The notes beneath the pieces are model-generated. The model saw nothing but the letters and a program-made list of their open reading frames with translations. It searched no databases and was not told where the DNA came from. This document shows positions 33,351 to 43,317 of a DNA stretch of 64,000 nt, piece after piece (positions within the stretch are counted from its first letter, which is position 1; each line of letters opens with the position of its first letter). The position numbers were made by a program, and so were the translations under genes. Origin of the DNA: an uncultured bacterium (lineage in GTDB: Bacteria > Desulfobacterota > Deferrimicrobia > Deferrimicrobiales > Deferrimicrobiaceae); contig CAVXQW010000003.1 in NCBI GenBank assembly GCA_963764045.1, positions 72,762 to 136,761 of the forward strand, read 5' to 3'.

Positions 33351-33911
33351 ATGCTCAAAAAGGAGGATTGCGTCCTCTACAGCGGCGGTGCCGTCGGCGC
33401 CGAGGCGGAGTTCGGCGCGCAGGCGGAACGGTATGGGATCGAGGAGATCAATTTCACGTACGAAGGCCGGGATATCGCCCGCTCCCGCGGCGTCCGCGTC
33501 CTCTCCCGGGAGGAGCTGGCCCGGGGAGACGTGAGCCTCGCCTACGTTTCGCGCCTCCTGAACAGGAGCTATACGGACGCCCCAACGATCCGGAAGGTCC
33601 TGCAGACGATCTGGTACCAGGTCAACTCCGGCCACGAGATCTACGTGATCGGCGCGGTTCTCCCCGACGGGACGGTCAAGGGCGGAACCGGGTGGGGAGC
33701 CGAGTTCGCCAAGCTGTGCAACAAGCCGATCTTCGTCTTCGACCAGGGGAAGAACGCCTGGCTCACCTGGAAGGACGACCGGTGGGTCGAACCGGCGGGC
33801 GGGCAGGCGATCCGCATCGGCAATCCCTGCTTCGCCGGTACGGGAACCCGCTTCCTCGAAGGGAACGGCCGAACAGCGATCCTGGAGCTCTTTGCGCGCT
33901 CCTTCGCGTAA
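33351..33911 (+). CDS. Hypothetical protein, possibly a SLOG/LOG-DprA-like Rossmann fold
   Basis: ORF 33351..33911 has an AAGGAG-like SD upstream. The N-terminal VLYSGGAVGAEAEFG and the later GGTGWGAEFAK recall the glycine-rich nucleotide loops of SLOG-superfamily proteins. The family was not recognised with confidence. Confidence 0.5.
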   Translation: MLKKEDCVLYSGGAVGAEAEFGAQAERYGIEEINFTYEGRDIARSRGVRVLSREELARGDVSLAYVSRLLNRSYTDAPTIRKVLQTIWYQVNSGHEIYVIGAVLPDGTVKGGTGWGAEFAKLCNKPIFVFDQGKNAWLTWKDDRWVEPAGGQAIRIGNPCFAGTGTRFLEGNGRTAILELFARSFA

Positions 33912-33920
33912 CGCCCCCCC

Positions 33921-35732
33921 ATGAAGCAGGCCACCGCCGACATAAGGAACGTTGCGATCATCGCCCACGTCGATCACGGGAAGACCACCCTTGTCGACGC
34001 AATGCTGCGGCAGAGCGGCATTTTCAGCGCCCACGCGGCCGTCGTCGACCGGGTGATGGACTCCCTCGATCTCGAGCGGGAGAAGGGGATCACGATCATG
34101 GCGAAGAACACCGCCGTGGTCTACCAGGGCGTCAAGATCAACATCGTGGACACCCCCGGTCACGCCGATTTCGGCGGCGAGGTGGAGCGGACGCTGAAGA
34201 TGGTCGACGCGGTGCTGCTCCTCGTCGACGCCTCCGAGGGCCCGCTTCCGCAGACCCGCTTCGTGCTCAAGAAAGCCCTCGAGCGGGAGCTCCCCGTCAT
34301 CCTCGTCATCAACAAGATCGACCGTCCCGACGCGCGGATCGACGAGGTGATCGACGAGGTCTACGACCTCTTCATCGACCTCGACGCCACGGAAGACCAG
34401 CTCGACTTCCCGATCATGATGACGAACGCACGGGCGGGGACGGCGGCGCTCCGCGGGGAGGCGGCGGGACGGAGCCTGCAGCCCCTCTTCGACGCGATCC
34501 TCTCCCACGTTCCACCCCCCACCGGCGATCCGTCGGCCACCCTCCAGTTCCTCGTCACCAACCTCGAGTACAGCGACTACGTCGGGCGGCTTGCCGTCGG
34601 CCGGGTCTTCGAGGGAACGCTGCGCGCCGGGGAGATCATCTCGCTGTGCGGGATCGGCGGGGAGGTGAAGAAGCTCAAGGTTGCGCTGCTCTACGGGTAC
34701 GAGGGGTTGAGCCGCACGGAGATCACGGAGGCGACCGCGGGGGACATCGTTGCGATCGCGGGGATGGAGGACGTGACGATCGGGGACACGATCTCCGACG
34801 CGGAAGAACCGAAGCCTCTCCCCCGCATCGCCGTGGACGAGCCGACGGTGTCGATGGTCTTCTCGATCAACACCTCGCCGTTCGCCGGGAGGGACGGGAA
34901 ATTCGTCACCTCGCGGCAGGTGCGCGCCCGGCTCGAGAAGGAACTGCTCGGAAACGTCGCGCTCCGGATCGATTTTTCCGGGACCGACTGGTTCACGGTG
35001 ATGGGACGCGGAGAGCTGCAGCTGGTGATCCTCATCGAGATGATGCGGCGCGAGGGGTTCGAGCTCTCGGTGTCCCGGCCCGAAGTGGTGACGAAGACGG
35101 AAGGCGGGGCCGTCGTCGAGCCGGTCGAGGCGCTCTTCGTGGACGTCCCCGACGCGTATCTCGGGGCCGTGACGCAGGCGTTGGGGATCCGGCGTGCGAA
35201 GATGACGAAGATGATCAACCCGGGGCAGGGGCGCGTGCGGATCGAGTACCGCATCCCGTCGCGGGGCCTGATCGGCTTCCGGTCGGAGTTTCTCACCCTC
35301 ACCCGAGGCACCGGCCTGCTGAACCACCTCTTCGACGGCTACGATCCGTGGCAGGGGCCGATCCCCGAGCGGATCAACGGGGCGCTGGTCTCCGATCGGG
35401 TGGGGCGCACCACGGCGTACGCCATCTTCCACCTGCAGTCGCGCGGGACGTTCTTCATCGGGGAAGGGGAGCAGGTGTACGAGGGGATGATCGTGGGCGA
35501 GAACACGCGTCCCGTGGACATGGACATCAACATCACGAAGGAGAAGAAGCTCACGAACATCCGCGCCGCCGGCACCGACGAGGCGTTGCGGCTGGTCCCG
35601 CACCGGATCCTCTCCCTCGAGGCGGCCCTCGAGTTCATCAACGAGGACGAGGTGGTCGAGATCACCCCCACGTCGATCCGCATGCGGAAGAAGATCCTCG
35701 ACGCCGGAAAACGCCCCCGCCGCAAGGAGTGA
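33921..35732 (+). CDS. typA: Translational GTPase TypA/BipA
   Basis: ORF 33921..35732 has [31 protein letters not shown] and NKID motifs. Length is 603 aa. Confidence 0.95.
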   Translation: MKQATADIRNVAIIAHVDHGKTTLVDAMLRQSGIFSAHAAVVDRVMDSLDLEREKGITIMAKNTAVVYQGVKINIVDTPGHADFGGEVERTLKMVDAVLLLVDASEGPLPQTRFVLKKALERELPVILVINKIDRPDARIDEVIDEVYDLFIDLDATEDQLDFPIMMTNARAGTAALRGEAAGRSLQPLFDAILSHVPPPTGDPSATLQFLVTNLEYSDYVGRLAVGRVFEGTLRAGEIISLCGIGGEVKKLKVALLYGYEGLSRTEITEATAGDIVAIAGMEDVTIGDTISDAEEPKPLPRIAVDEPTVSMVFSINTSPFAGRDGKFVTSRQVRARLEKELLGNVALRIDFSGTDWFTVMGRGELQLVILIEMMRREGFELSVSRPEVVTKTEGGAVVEPVEALFVDVPDAYLGAVTQALGIRRAKMTKMINPGQGRVRIEYRIPSRGLIGFRSEFLTLTRGTGLLNHLFDGYDPWQGPIPERINGALVSDRVGRTTAYAIFHLQSRGTFFIGEGEQVYEGMIVGENTRPVDMDINITKEKKLTNIRAAGTDEALRLVPHRILSLEAALEFINEDEVVEITPTSIRMRKKILDAGKRPRRKE

Positions 35733-35893
35733 CGCCGGCCGCGCCACTCAGATCGCGGCATACGTATCTGGAAGCACCGCACGGAGGCCCCGGAGTCTGA
35801 GTTCCTGCGGCGATTGCCGAGGATTATTTCTTCCTCGGTATCCGCGTAACGGTGATTATAATAGTGAATATCCCTGATAAAAGGAGTCTACCG

Positions 35894-36409
35894 ATGCCGA
35901 AAGCGGCCAAGCCCGCTCCGAAAAACGGAAACGCCGGAAGCGCGCTTACCCGCGCGCTCCGGTTCGAGAAGACCGGGATGCGCTACTTCACCCTGTCCGC
36001 GCAGAAAGCGACCGATGGGTTCGCGAAGCGCGTCTTTGCGCTCCTGGCCGACATGGAGCGGAAGCATTGCGAGGACATCCAGGCGATCGCGAAGAAGATG
36101 GCGGAGGACGGCAAGTTCCCCGTAATCTCCACCGTGAGCAGCGAGGGCCGCATGCGCCTCTTCAAGCGGGAGTACAGCCGGATAAAGAAGGAGAAATCGA
36201 TCACGGGAGACGCCGCGGTGGCGATGCGGAATGCCCTCGGGTTCGAGGCCGAGGGGCGCGAGATGTACACCCGCATGTCCGAAAATACCTCGAACCGGCA
36301 GGAGAAGGCGTTCTTCAGGATCCTCGCCTCCGAGGAGCAGAAGCATTTTGATATCATCTACGAATACCTCGATTTCCTCGAGAGCTCGGGGCTGCGGATG
36401 GGTGAATAG
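35894..36409 (+). CDS. Rubrerythrin/ferritin-like four-helix-bundle protein
   Basis: The ORF 35852..36409 frame, with ATG 35894 after AAGGAG. It has two ExxH-type pairs (DMERKHCED; SEEQKHFD) and TATAAT at 35857-35862 upstream. Confidence 0.65.
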   Translation: MPKAAKPAPKNGNAGSALTRALRFEKTGMRYFTLSAQKATDGFAKRVFALLADMERKHCEDIQAIAKKMAEDGKFPVISTVSSEGRMRLFKREYSRIKKEKSITGDAAVAMRNALGFEAEGREMYTRMSENTSNRQEKAFFRILASEEQKHFDIIYEYLDFLESSGLRMGE

Positions 36410-36464
36410 CCGCTCTCCGGGCGTGCCATTCCGTTCACCAGCCATCCGTCGTGAAGGAGTCGTG

Positions 36465-37055
36465 ATGAAACGGGAATATTTGCTCCATGGGCGCGTGCTG
36501 GCTGCCGTTGCGGTCATCGTGTGCTTTTCGGGGTGGACCGCTTTTGCCGCCCCGGCATCGACCCTGGACAAAGGGGTGAAGGCCGCGCCGGTGCAATCCT
36601 CGCCGTCGAACAAGCTGTTCCCCGAGCCGGCGAGCAAGCAGTTCCCTGTGCCGCCGCCGCCGTTCACGCCCGGGATCTTTCCCTGCTCCGAGTGTCACAA
36701 GGATATGAAGCCGAACCCGACACGCCGGGAGATGAAGGACGAGCATACGAACATCGTTCTGAACCATGCCCAGGGGGAGCGGTGGTGCCTGGACTGCCAC
36801 GACATCAACAACCGCGACAAACTGCATCTCGTGAACGGGCAGCGGATCAGCTTCGAGGAGTCGTACCGGTTGTGCGGGCAATGCCACGGCGACAAGTACC
36901 GCGACTGGAAAGTCGGCGTCCATGGGAAGCGGACGGGGATGTGGAACGGGGAGAAGCAGTACCTGCTGTGCGTCAACTGCCATAATCCGCACGATCCGCG
37001 GTTCAAGCCGCTGCAGCCCATGCCGCCCCCCGTGCGTCCCGGGGACATACGGTAA
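36465..37055 (+). CDS. Periplasmic tetrahaem cytochrome c (module 1)
   Basis: ATG 36465 follows GAAGGAG. It has a signal peptide and four CXXCH motifs (CSECH, CLDCH, CGQCH, CVNCH). Confidence 0.85.
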   Translation: MKREYLLHGRVLAAVAVIVCFSGWTAFAAPASTLDKGVKAAPVQSSPSNKLFPEPASKQFPVPPPPFTPGIFPCSECHKDMKPNPTRREMKDEHTNIVLNHAQGERWCLDCHDINNRDKLHLVNGQRISFEESYRLCGQCHGDKYRDWKVGVHGKRTGMWNGEKQYLLCVNCHNPHDPRFKPLQPMPPPVRPGDIR

Positions 37056-37096
37056 CCCGAAAAGATACGCCGAACAGGGCATCAGGAGAGGATTGC

Positions 37097-38023
37097 ATGC
37101 CGAATCGAGAAAAACGCGACGACCACCCCTTCCGGATGTCGCGCAGGAAGATGATGAAGGGGGTCGCCGCCGTCCTGGGGGCCATGGCGCTTCCCGCGAA
37201 AGACGCTCCCGCCTCCGTCTGGGAGTCGTTCTTCCAGAAGAACTTCCGGGAGCTGTCCCCGGAGGACCTCAAAGGGGTGCTCGCCCGTCTCGAGAAGGAG
37301 TACAGCGAGAAGTACAAGAAGGCGGTCAAGGTCCGCGCCACGCCCCCGATCGAGGGGGTCCTCTACGGGTACGGTCTCGACCTGTCCCGGTGCATCGGCT
37401 GCCGCCGGTGCGTGTACGCCTGCGTCGGCGAGAACAACCAGTCCCGCGACCCCCAGATCCACTGGATCCGGGTGCTGCAGCTGAACAAGGAACGCGGCGT
37501 CGACCTGGAGGACGCGGAGCAATACTACAATCCCGCGAAGGTCCCCGAGAAGGGGCACTTCTACATGCCCGTCCAGTGCCAGCAGTGCGAGCACCCCCCG
37601 TGCGTGAAGGTGTGCCCCGTGCAGGCCACCTGGAAGGAGCGCGACGGGATCACCGTCGTCGACTACAACTGGTGCATCGGTTGCAGGTACTGCATGGCGG
37701 CCTGCCCGTACGGCGCGCGCCACTTCAACTGGAAGAAGGCGGGGCTCCCGGCCGCCGAGATGAACCCGGAGACGCACTACCTGGGGAACCGCCCCCGGCC
37801 GATGGGCGTGGTCGAGAAGTGCACCTTCTGCATCCAGCGCGTCCGGAACACCCCGGGGCGCTACACCGCGTGCGTCGAGATCTGCCCGGTGGGGGCCCGC
37901 AAGTTCGGGAACCTGCTCGATCCCGAGAGCGAGATGCGGTACATCATCGAAAACAAGCGCGTATTCATCCTGAAGGAAGACCTGAACACCCGGCCGAAGT
38001 TCTACTACTTCTACGCGACCTGA
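37097..38023 (+). CDS. Tat-exported 4x[4Fe-4S] ferredoxin subunit (NrfC/DmsB/HmcB type), module 1
   Basis: ORF 37097..38023 has the Tat motif SRRKMMKG and the clusters CIGCRRCVYAC, CQQCEHPPCVKVCP, CIGCRYCMAACP and CTFC...CVEICP. Confidence 0.9.
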   Translation: MPNREKRDDHPFRMSRRKMMKGVAAVLGAMALPAKDAPASVWESFFQKNFRELSPEDLKGVLARLEKEYSEKYKKAVKVRATPPIEGVLYGYGLDLSRCIGCRRCVYACVGENNQSRDPQIHWIRVLQLNKERGVDLEDAEQYYNPAKVPEKGHFYMPVQCQQCEHPPCVKVCPVQATWKERDGITVVDYNWCIGCRYCMAACPYGARHFNWKKAGLPAAEMNPETHYLGNRPRPMGVVEKCTFCIQRVRNTPGRYTACVEICPVGARKFGNLLDPESEMRYIIENKRVFILKEDLNTRPKFYYFYAT

Positions 38024-38039
38024 GGCGGCGAGGGGACCG

Positions 38040-39330
38040 ATGACAAAGATCTGGGAATTCTTCAAGGGAACGCTGGTCCTCGTCTCCAAGGGGAGCAGGG
38101 CCTACTATGTCTGGATGGTCTCTCTCCTCGCCCTCATGGCGTGGGAGTCGGCGGCGTACGCCTACCAGCTGCAGAACGGACTGATCGTCACGGCGATGCG
38201 CGACGAGGTGTCCTGGGGGTTCTACATCTCCAACTTCACCTTCCTCGTCGGCGTGGCCGCGGCCGCGGTGCTCCTGGTCATCCCCGCGTACGTCTACCAC
38301 TGGAAGCCGATCAAGGAGATCGCCGTACTCGGGGAGATGCTCGCGGTCTCGGCAATGGTGATGTGCCTCCTCTTCGTCACCGTGGATATCGGGCGTCCCG
38401 ACCGGTTCTGGCACCTGATCCCCAAGATCGGGATCCTGAACTTTCCGCAATCGCTGCTGGCGTGGGACGTGGTGGTGCTGAACGCCTACCTGGTGCCTCA
38501 ACCTGTGATCGCGGTCTACATCCTGCTACAAGCATCTACTACCGGGAGGAGCCGAACCCGAACTTCTTCAACCCGCTGATCCTGCTGTCCATTCCCGCCG
38601 GCGGTTTCGATCCACACCGTGACGGCGTTCCTCTACAACGGCCTGGCGGCGCGCCCGTTCTGGAACGCCTCGATCCTCGCGCCCACGGTTCCTTGCCTCG
38701 GCATTCTGCTCCGGCCCGGCGTTCATGATCATCCTCTTCCAGGTGATCCGGAAGTACACGCGGATCGAGATCAAGAACGAGGCGATCTTCAAGGTCGCCG
38801 AGCTCATCGCGTACTCGATGTTCATCAACCTGTTCCTGCTGGGCGCCGAGGTGTTCAAGGAGTTCTACTCCAACACGATCCACCTTGCGCCGATGCAGTA
38901 CCTGTTCTTCGGCCTGAAGGGGCACAGCGACCTCGTTCCCTACATCTGGACGGCGATGATCTTCAACGTCTCGGCATTCTTCCTGTTCCTGATCCCGCAG
39001 ACGCGCGAGAACTACGTGACCCTCAACATCGGCTGCGTCCTGATCATCATCGGCGTCTACATCGAGAAGGGGATGGGGCTGGTCATCCCGGGGCTGGTTC
39101 CCGACACGCTGGGCGAGATCTACGAATACTCGCCGACCGGGATCGAGATCCTGCTGACCATCGGGATCTGGGCGACCGGGTTGTTCGTCTACACGCTTCT
39201 GCTGCGCGTGGCCGTGCCGATCCTGACCGGGGAATTCTACGTCGGGAAGGACGGCGTAAAGCCGGTCATCGTCGACACCGAGTTCATCCGGCGGGCGGAC
39301 CACCTCGCGGAGCAGTCGTACCGGGACTGA
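38040..39330 (+). CDS. NrfD/PsrC-family integral membrane subunit (module 1) with three frame breaks at about 38531, 38599 and 38685
   Basis: The gene is pieced from ORF 38040..38579, the 38141 frame (YREEPNPNFFNPLILLSIPA), the 38619 frame (AVSIHTVTAFLYNGLAARPFWNASILAP) and ORF 38725..39330 (RFLASAFCSGPAFMIILFQ...). It is hydrophobic throughout. Confidence 0.8.
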
Positions 39331-39353
39331 TCGATTTCGAAACACCGTTTGTA

Positions 39354-39382
39354 TTGACAGCCCCCCCGCTTCCGTATATCTT
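39354..39382 (+). promoter_or_regulatory. Candidate sigma70-type promoter for module 2
   Basis: TTGACA (39354-39359), a 17-nt spacer, then TATCTT (39377-39382), in the 155-bp gap before the octahaem cytochrome gene. Confidence 0.4.
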
Positions 39383-39485
39383 CGACGAGTTTCAGGGTAT
39401 TTCCGGTTTCGTCTCCAGAGAAACCGTCGGATAAATATATATAAATTCGCCTTTCCGGAAACGTTACCAGGAGGAATACCGCGCG

Positions 39486-40244
39486 ATGGGCAAACTTTTC
39501 GAGAAATTCCCGGACCCGCTGGCCAGGCTGATCGTCGTTGTCTTTGCGCTGGTCGTTGTCGGGGTGGTCGTCGTGTTCGGACTGATTCCCAAATCGATGA
39601 TGGATGTGAACGCCCAATGGGCCGCCGCCGTCAAGCGGGAAGAGGCGAGGCCGATCAAATACGCCGGTTTCCACGCCTGCGCCGAGTGCCACGACGAGAT
39701 CTACGAGACGAAGAAGACAGGGTACCATCGGGACCTGTCGTGCGAGACGTGCCACGGGCCCGCCAAGGCGCACACGGAGGACCCGGACAAGGTGAAGCCG
39801 GAGATCCCCGTGCAGCGTGCGTTCTGTCCGCAATGCCACGCGTACAATCCGTCGCGGCCCAGGGGATTCCCGATGATCAACCCGGTGGCCCATAACCCGC
39901 TGAAAGCCTGCGCGAGCTGCCACAACCCGCACGACCCGAAGCCCCCCACCACGCCGAAGGAGTGCTCGGCGTGCCACGGCGAGATCGCCCGGATGAAGGC
40001 GGTGTCTCACCACGTGCAGTTGGAGTGCACCACGTGCCACGATGCGCCCCAGCAGCACAAGGTCTCTCCCCGCGCGGTGAAGCCGACCAAGCCGCAGACC
40101 CGCGAGTTCTGCGGGAAATGCCACGGAAAGGACGCGACGGACAAGATGGCGAAGAACGCGCCGAAGATCGACATGTCCGAACACGGCGAGAAGTACGTCT
40201 GCTGGCAATGCCATTATCCCCATTCGCCGGAGGTGGAACAGTGA
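39486..40244 (+). CDS. Octahaem cytochrome c with an N-terminal membrane anchor or signal (module 2)
   Basis: ORF 39486..40244 has eight CXXCH motifs (CAECH, CETCH, CPQCH, CASCH, CSACH, CTTCH, CGKCH, CWQCH) and an N-terminal hydrophobic helix. Confidence 0.85.
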   Translation: MGKLFEKFPDPLARLIVVVFALVVVGVVVVFGLIPKSMMDVNAQWAAAVKREEARPIKYAGFHACAECHDEIYETKKTGYHRDLSCETCHGPAKAHTEDPDKVKPEIPVQRAFCPQCHAYNPSRPRGFPMINPVAHNPLKACASCHNPHDPKPPTTPKECSACHGEIARMKAVSHHVQLECTTCHDAPQQHKVSPRAVKPTKPQTREFCGKCHGKDATDKMAKNAPKIDMSEHGEKYVCWQCHYPHSPEVEQ

Positions 40245-40993
40245 ACGGCCGCAGGACATTCCTGAGAGGTTTCGTCTCGGTTCTCCTCTCCGGGGGAGCG
40301 ATCGGGGGGATCCTGAAGATACTGCCCTCGAAGGCGGATGCGCGGGAGGCCCCCCCGAAGGGGCAGAAATGGTACGGGTTCGGGGTCTCCATCGACAAGT
40401 GCATCGGCTGCGCGCGCTGCATGGAGGCGTGCAAGAACGAAAACAACGTCCCAAGGGAGCCGTTCTTCTTCCGGACGTGGGTTGAACGGTACATCACCAG
40501 GAAGAACGGAATCACGACGGTCAAGGCGATCGGCCCGAACGAGGAGCCGACGCCCGAGACCGCATCGGACAGGTCGATCCTGCGCTCCTTCTTCGTGCCG
40601 AAGCTGTGCAACCAGTGCGCAAGCCCTCCCTGCGTCCAGGTCTGTCCCGTCGGGGCCACGTTCCAGACGAAGGACGGCGTGGTCCTTGTGAACGAGAGGA
40701 CGTGCATCGGGTGCCGGTACTGCATCCAGGCGTGCCCGTACGGCGCCCGGTATCTACATCCGGTGACCCGGACCGCCGACAAGTGCACCTTCTGCTACCA
40801 CCGGATCTCGCACGGGCTCCTTCCCGCCTGCGTCGAGGTGTGTCCGACCCAGGCGCGGATCTTCGGCGACCTGAACGCCGCGGCGAGCCCCATGTCCCGG
40901 TTCCTGCGGATGAACAAGATCCACGTCCTGAAACCCGGGCTGAACACCGAGCCGAAAGTCTACTACGCGAACCTCGATGGAGAAGTCCGATGA
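40241..40993 (+). CDS. Tat-exported 4x[4Fe-4S] ferredoxin subunit (NrfC type), module 2
   Basis: GTG 40241 overlaps the upstream stop (GTGA). It has the Tat motif GRRTFLRG and the clusters CIGCARCMEAC, CNQCASPPCVQVCP, CIGCRYCIQACP and CTFC...CVEVCP. Confidence 0.9.
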   Translation: MNGRRTFLRGFVSVLLSGGAIGGILKILPSKADAREAPPKGQKWYGFGVSIDKCIGCARCMEACKNENNVPREPFFFRTWVERYITRKNGITTVKAIGPNEEPTPETASDRSILRSFFVPKLCNQCASPPCVQVCPVGATFQTKDGVVLVNERTCIGCRYCIQACPYGARYLHPVTRTADKCTFCYHRISHGLLPACVEVCPTQARIFGDLNAAASPMSRFLRMNKIHVLKPGLNTEPKVYYANLDGEVR

Positions 40994-42234
40994 ATCCCGA
41001 ATTCATTCACTCCCTTCAGGACCTGCTGCCCCAGATCCAGGGGTACATCTACCCGAACGAGATCGAGATCCACTGGGGCCTGCTGATCGTCGTCTACCCC
41101 TACATCACCGGGGTCGTCGCGGGAGCCTTCATCCTCGCGTCGCTGGTGAAGGTGTTCAACGTGAAGGAGGTCCAGCCGCTCTACCGGCTCTCCCTCCTCA
41201 CCGCGCTCGCGTACCTCCTCGTCGCGCCGATGGCCCTGGTGTCGCACCTCGGGCACCCGGAACGGTTCTATGAAATCCTCCTGACGCCGCAGACCTCCTC
41301 GGCGATGGCGATGTTCGGGTTCGTCTACGCCTGGTACCTGATGGCCGTCCTCCTTCTCGAAATCTGGTTCGTCCACCGGACGGACATGATCGAATGGGCC
41401 GAAAACGAGACGGGGGTCATGCGCTTCCTCCACAGGGCGCTGGCTCTATACTCGCGGGACACGGGCGAGCGGTCGGTCGCGTTCGACCACAAGGCCCTGA
41501 AGGTGATCACCATCGTCGGCATCCCGTCCGCCTTCCTCCTCCACGGGTACGTCGGGTTCATCTTCGGGTCGATCAAGGCGAATCCCTGGTGGAGCAGCGT
41601 GCTGATCCCGATCGTTTTCCTGTTCTCCGCCATCGTGTCCGGAGTGGCGCTGGTCATCGTCCTCTACATGATCATCACGCCGCTCCGGGGCGGGAAGATC
41701 GACATGCGGTGCGTCGACAAGGCGGTCGATTTCCTCTTCTACACCGTCATCGTCGACTTCTCTCTCGAATTCGTCGATTTCATCCACCGGGTGTACCAGA
41801 GCGAGGAGGAGATCAAGATCCTCTCCGAGATGGTGATGAGCAAATTGTTCGGGAGCCTCATCATCATCCAGGTCCTGTTGGGGATGCTGGTCCCCCTCCT
41901 GCTCATCACCCTCACCAAGATCTTCAAGAAGCGCTTCCACCTGAACGAGGACCTGCGGAAGATGGTCTACTTCATCTCGGTGATCCTGATCCAGTTCGGG
42001 GTCTTCGCCACGCGGTGGAACGTCGTCATCGGGGGCCAGATGTTCTCGAAGAGTTTCCGGGGGCTCACGACCTACAAGATGGGGTTCGGAGGGCTCGAAG
42101 GTCTTCTTTATGCAATCGTGCTGCTCGCCCTGCCGATCGTCATCCTGGCCGTGCTGATGAAGATCCTCCCGCCGTGGAAGGAGATGGCCGGCGAGGGGGA
42201 AGCAGACGGCGGGGAGGTTGTCGCGAGCTCCTGA
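40990..42234 (+). CDS. NrfD/PsrC-family integral membrane subunit (module 2)
   Basis: ATG 40990 overlaps the upstream stop (ATGA). It is in the ORF 40606..42234 frame and encodes 414 aa with about 10 hydrophobic segments. Confidence 0.85.
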   Translation: MNPEFIHSLQDLLPQIQGYIYPNEIEIHWGLLIVVYPYITGVVAGAFILASLVKVFNVKEVQPLYRLSLLTALAYLLVAPMALVSHLGHPERFYEILLTPQTSSAMAMFGFVYAWYLMAVLLLEIWFVHRTDMIEWAENETGVMRFLHRALALYSRDTGERSVAFDHKALKVITIVGIPSAFLLHGYVGFIFGSIKANPWWSSVLIPIVFLFSAIVSGVALVIVLYMIITPLRGGKIDMRCVDKAVDFLFYTVIVDFSLEFVDFIHRVYQSEEEIKILSEMVMSKLFGSLIIIQVLLGMLVPLLLITLTKIFKKRFHLNEDLRKMVYFISVILIQFGVFATRWNVVIGGQMFSKSFRGLTTYKMGFGGLEGLLYAIVLLALPIVILAVLMKILPPWKEMAGEGEADGGEVVASS

Positions 42235-42297
42235 AATCGGTCGGCGCCGGGGGATCAGGAAATCGCTGCGCCTCGGGACTCCCGGTTCGGCTCGTCT

Positions 42298-42422
42298 CCT
42301 CGGAGGGCGGGGCTTCGTTCGTGGCTCGCCGTGCGATGAACCTGCACGGCTGCCCACCGGCCTCACTGTGCCCGATTGCGGGGGTACCCCGGGAGCGCAC
42401 TTCCCCGCGGCGGCTCCGCCGG
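42298..42422 (+). repeat. Family 1 repeat, copy D, interrupted by a partial family 2 unit (42379-42410)
   Basis: CCTCGGAGGGCGGGGCTTCGTTCGTGGCTCGCCGTGCGATGAACCTGCACGGCTGC ... GCGGGGGTACCCCGGGAGCGC ... GCGGCGGCTCCGCCGG. A further half-site GCCTCGGAGGGCGGGCG lies at about 42435. Confidence 0.75.
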
Positions 42423-42457
42423 CCCCTGCGTCATGCCTCGGAGGGCGGGCGATCTTG

Positions 42458-43231
42458 TTACCGGGTTTTCGGTGCCGGCCGGACGAGCTGGAACGTCTCC
42501 CTCATCCTGCCGTTCTCGACGTCGATCCGGTAGTAGCCGTACCTCTGGAACGGCGCGAGCGGGGCGCCGGCGCCGCCGGAGATCAGCAGCAGCACCCCGC
42601 CCCAATCCTCCACGTATTGCATGTGCTCGTGACCGCTCAGGACGGCGTCTACGCCGTGACGCTTCAGGATCGCGAGAAGCTTCGCGCTTTGCTCTTCGTA
42701 GTCGAACCGGGTCCCGTGGGGCTTGATCCCTTCCGTATCCGGGGGGGTGTGCATCGCAACGATGAGGGTCGTGATCCCGTCCTTTCCCTTCGGGTGGGCG
42801 GCGAGGTCGCGGTCGAGCCACGCGAGGGTGTTGTCCGGAAGCGTCCCCTTCGCGTTGTCCACGATCGCGAAGTGGGCGTCCTTGTGGGTGAAGGACCAGG
42901 AGGCGCCCGGGAGGCCGAACCTCTCCGCGAACTTCCCGGGCGTCCCGCCGCCGTAAAGCTCGTGGTTCCCGATCACGACGCGCAACGGTTTGCGGAACCG
43001 CGCCGTCGCCGCGCGATACAGTTCCCACTCGCCGGGCGAGTCCTTGTTGACCATGTCCCCCGTGTGGAGCAGGAACTCCATGTCGGAGTTGTCCACGGCG
43101 GAGAGGATCTGCGGGAAGATCCCGTCCTTGTCGTTCCGGCTGTCGCCGCACACCGCGAACGACCATGCGAAGGCGTGCGCCGCCCAAAGAAGGAGGAGCA
43201 GGAGCGCAATGACGGAGAACCGTCGTCGCAT
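42458..43231 (-). CDS. Secreted calcineurin-like metallophosphoesterase
   Basis: ORF 42458..43231 has a signal peptide and the motifs VCGDSRND, HTGDMV, GNHE and LSGHEH. Confidence 0.85.
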   Translation of the reverse strand: MRRRFSVIALLLLLLWAAHAFAWSFAVCGDSRNDKDGIFPQILSAVDNSDMEFLLHTGDMVNKDSPGEWELYRAATARFRKPLRVVIGNHELYGGGTPGKFAERFGLPGASWSFTHKDAHFAIVDNAKGTLPDNTLAWLDRDLAAHPKGKDGITTLIVAMHTPPDTEGIKPHGTRFDYEEQSAKLLAILKRHGVDAVLSGHEHMQYVEDWGGVLLLISGGAGAPLAPFQRYGYYRIDVENGRMRETFQLVRPAPKTR

Positions 43232-43286
43232 GACGCAATTCTATCGTGGTTTTGGTCTGTGAAATGAAAAACACGTTTGTAGCGGT

Positions 43287-43317
43287 ATTATTTTTTGCCT
43301 TATCGGGATTTAATATT
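43287..43317 (+). repeat. 31-bp inverted repeat, left copy (partner at 50381-50412)
   Basis: ATTATTTTTTGCCTTATCGGGATTTAATATT. The reverse complement of 50381-50412 is ATTATTTTTTTGCCTTATCGGGATTTTATATT, differing by one T-run indel and one mismatch. Confidence 0.85.
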
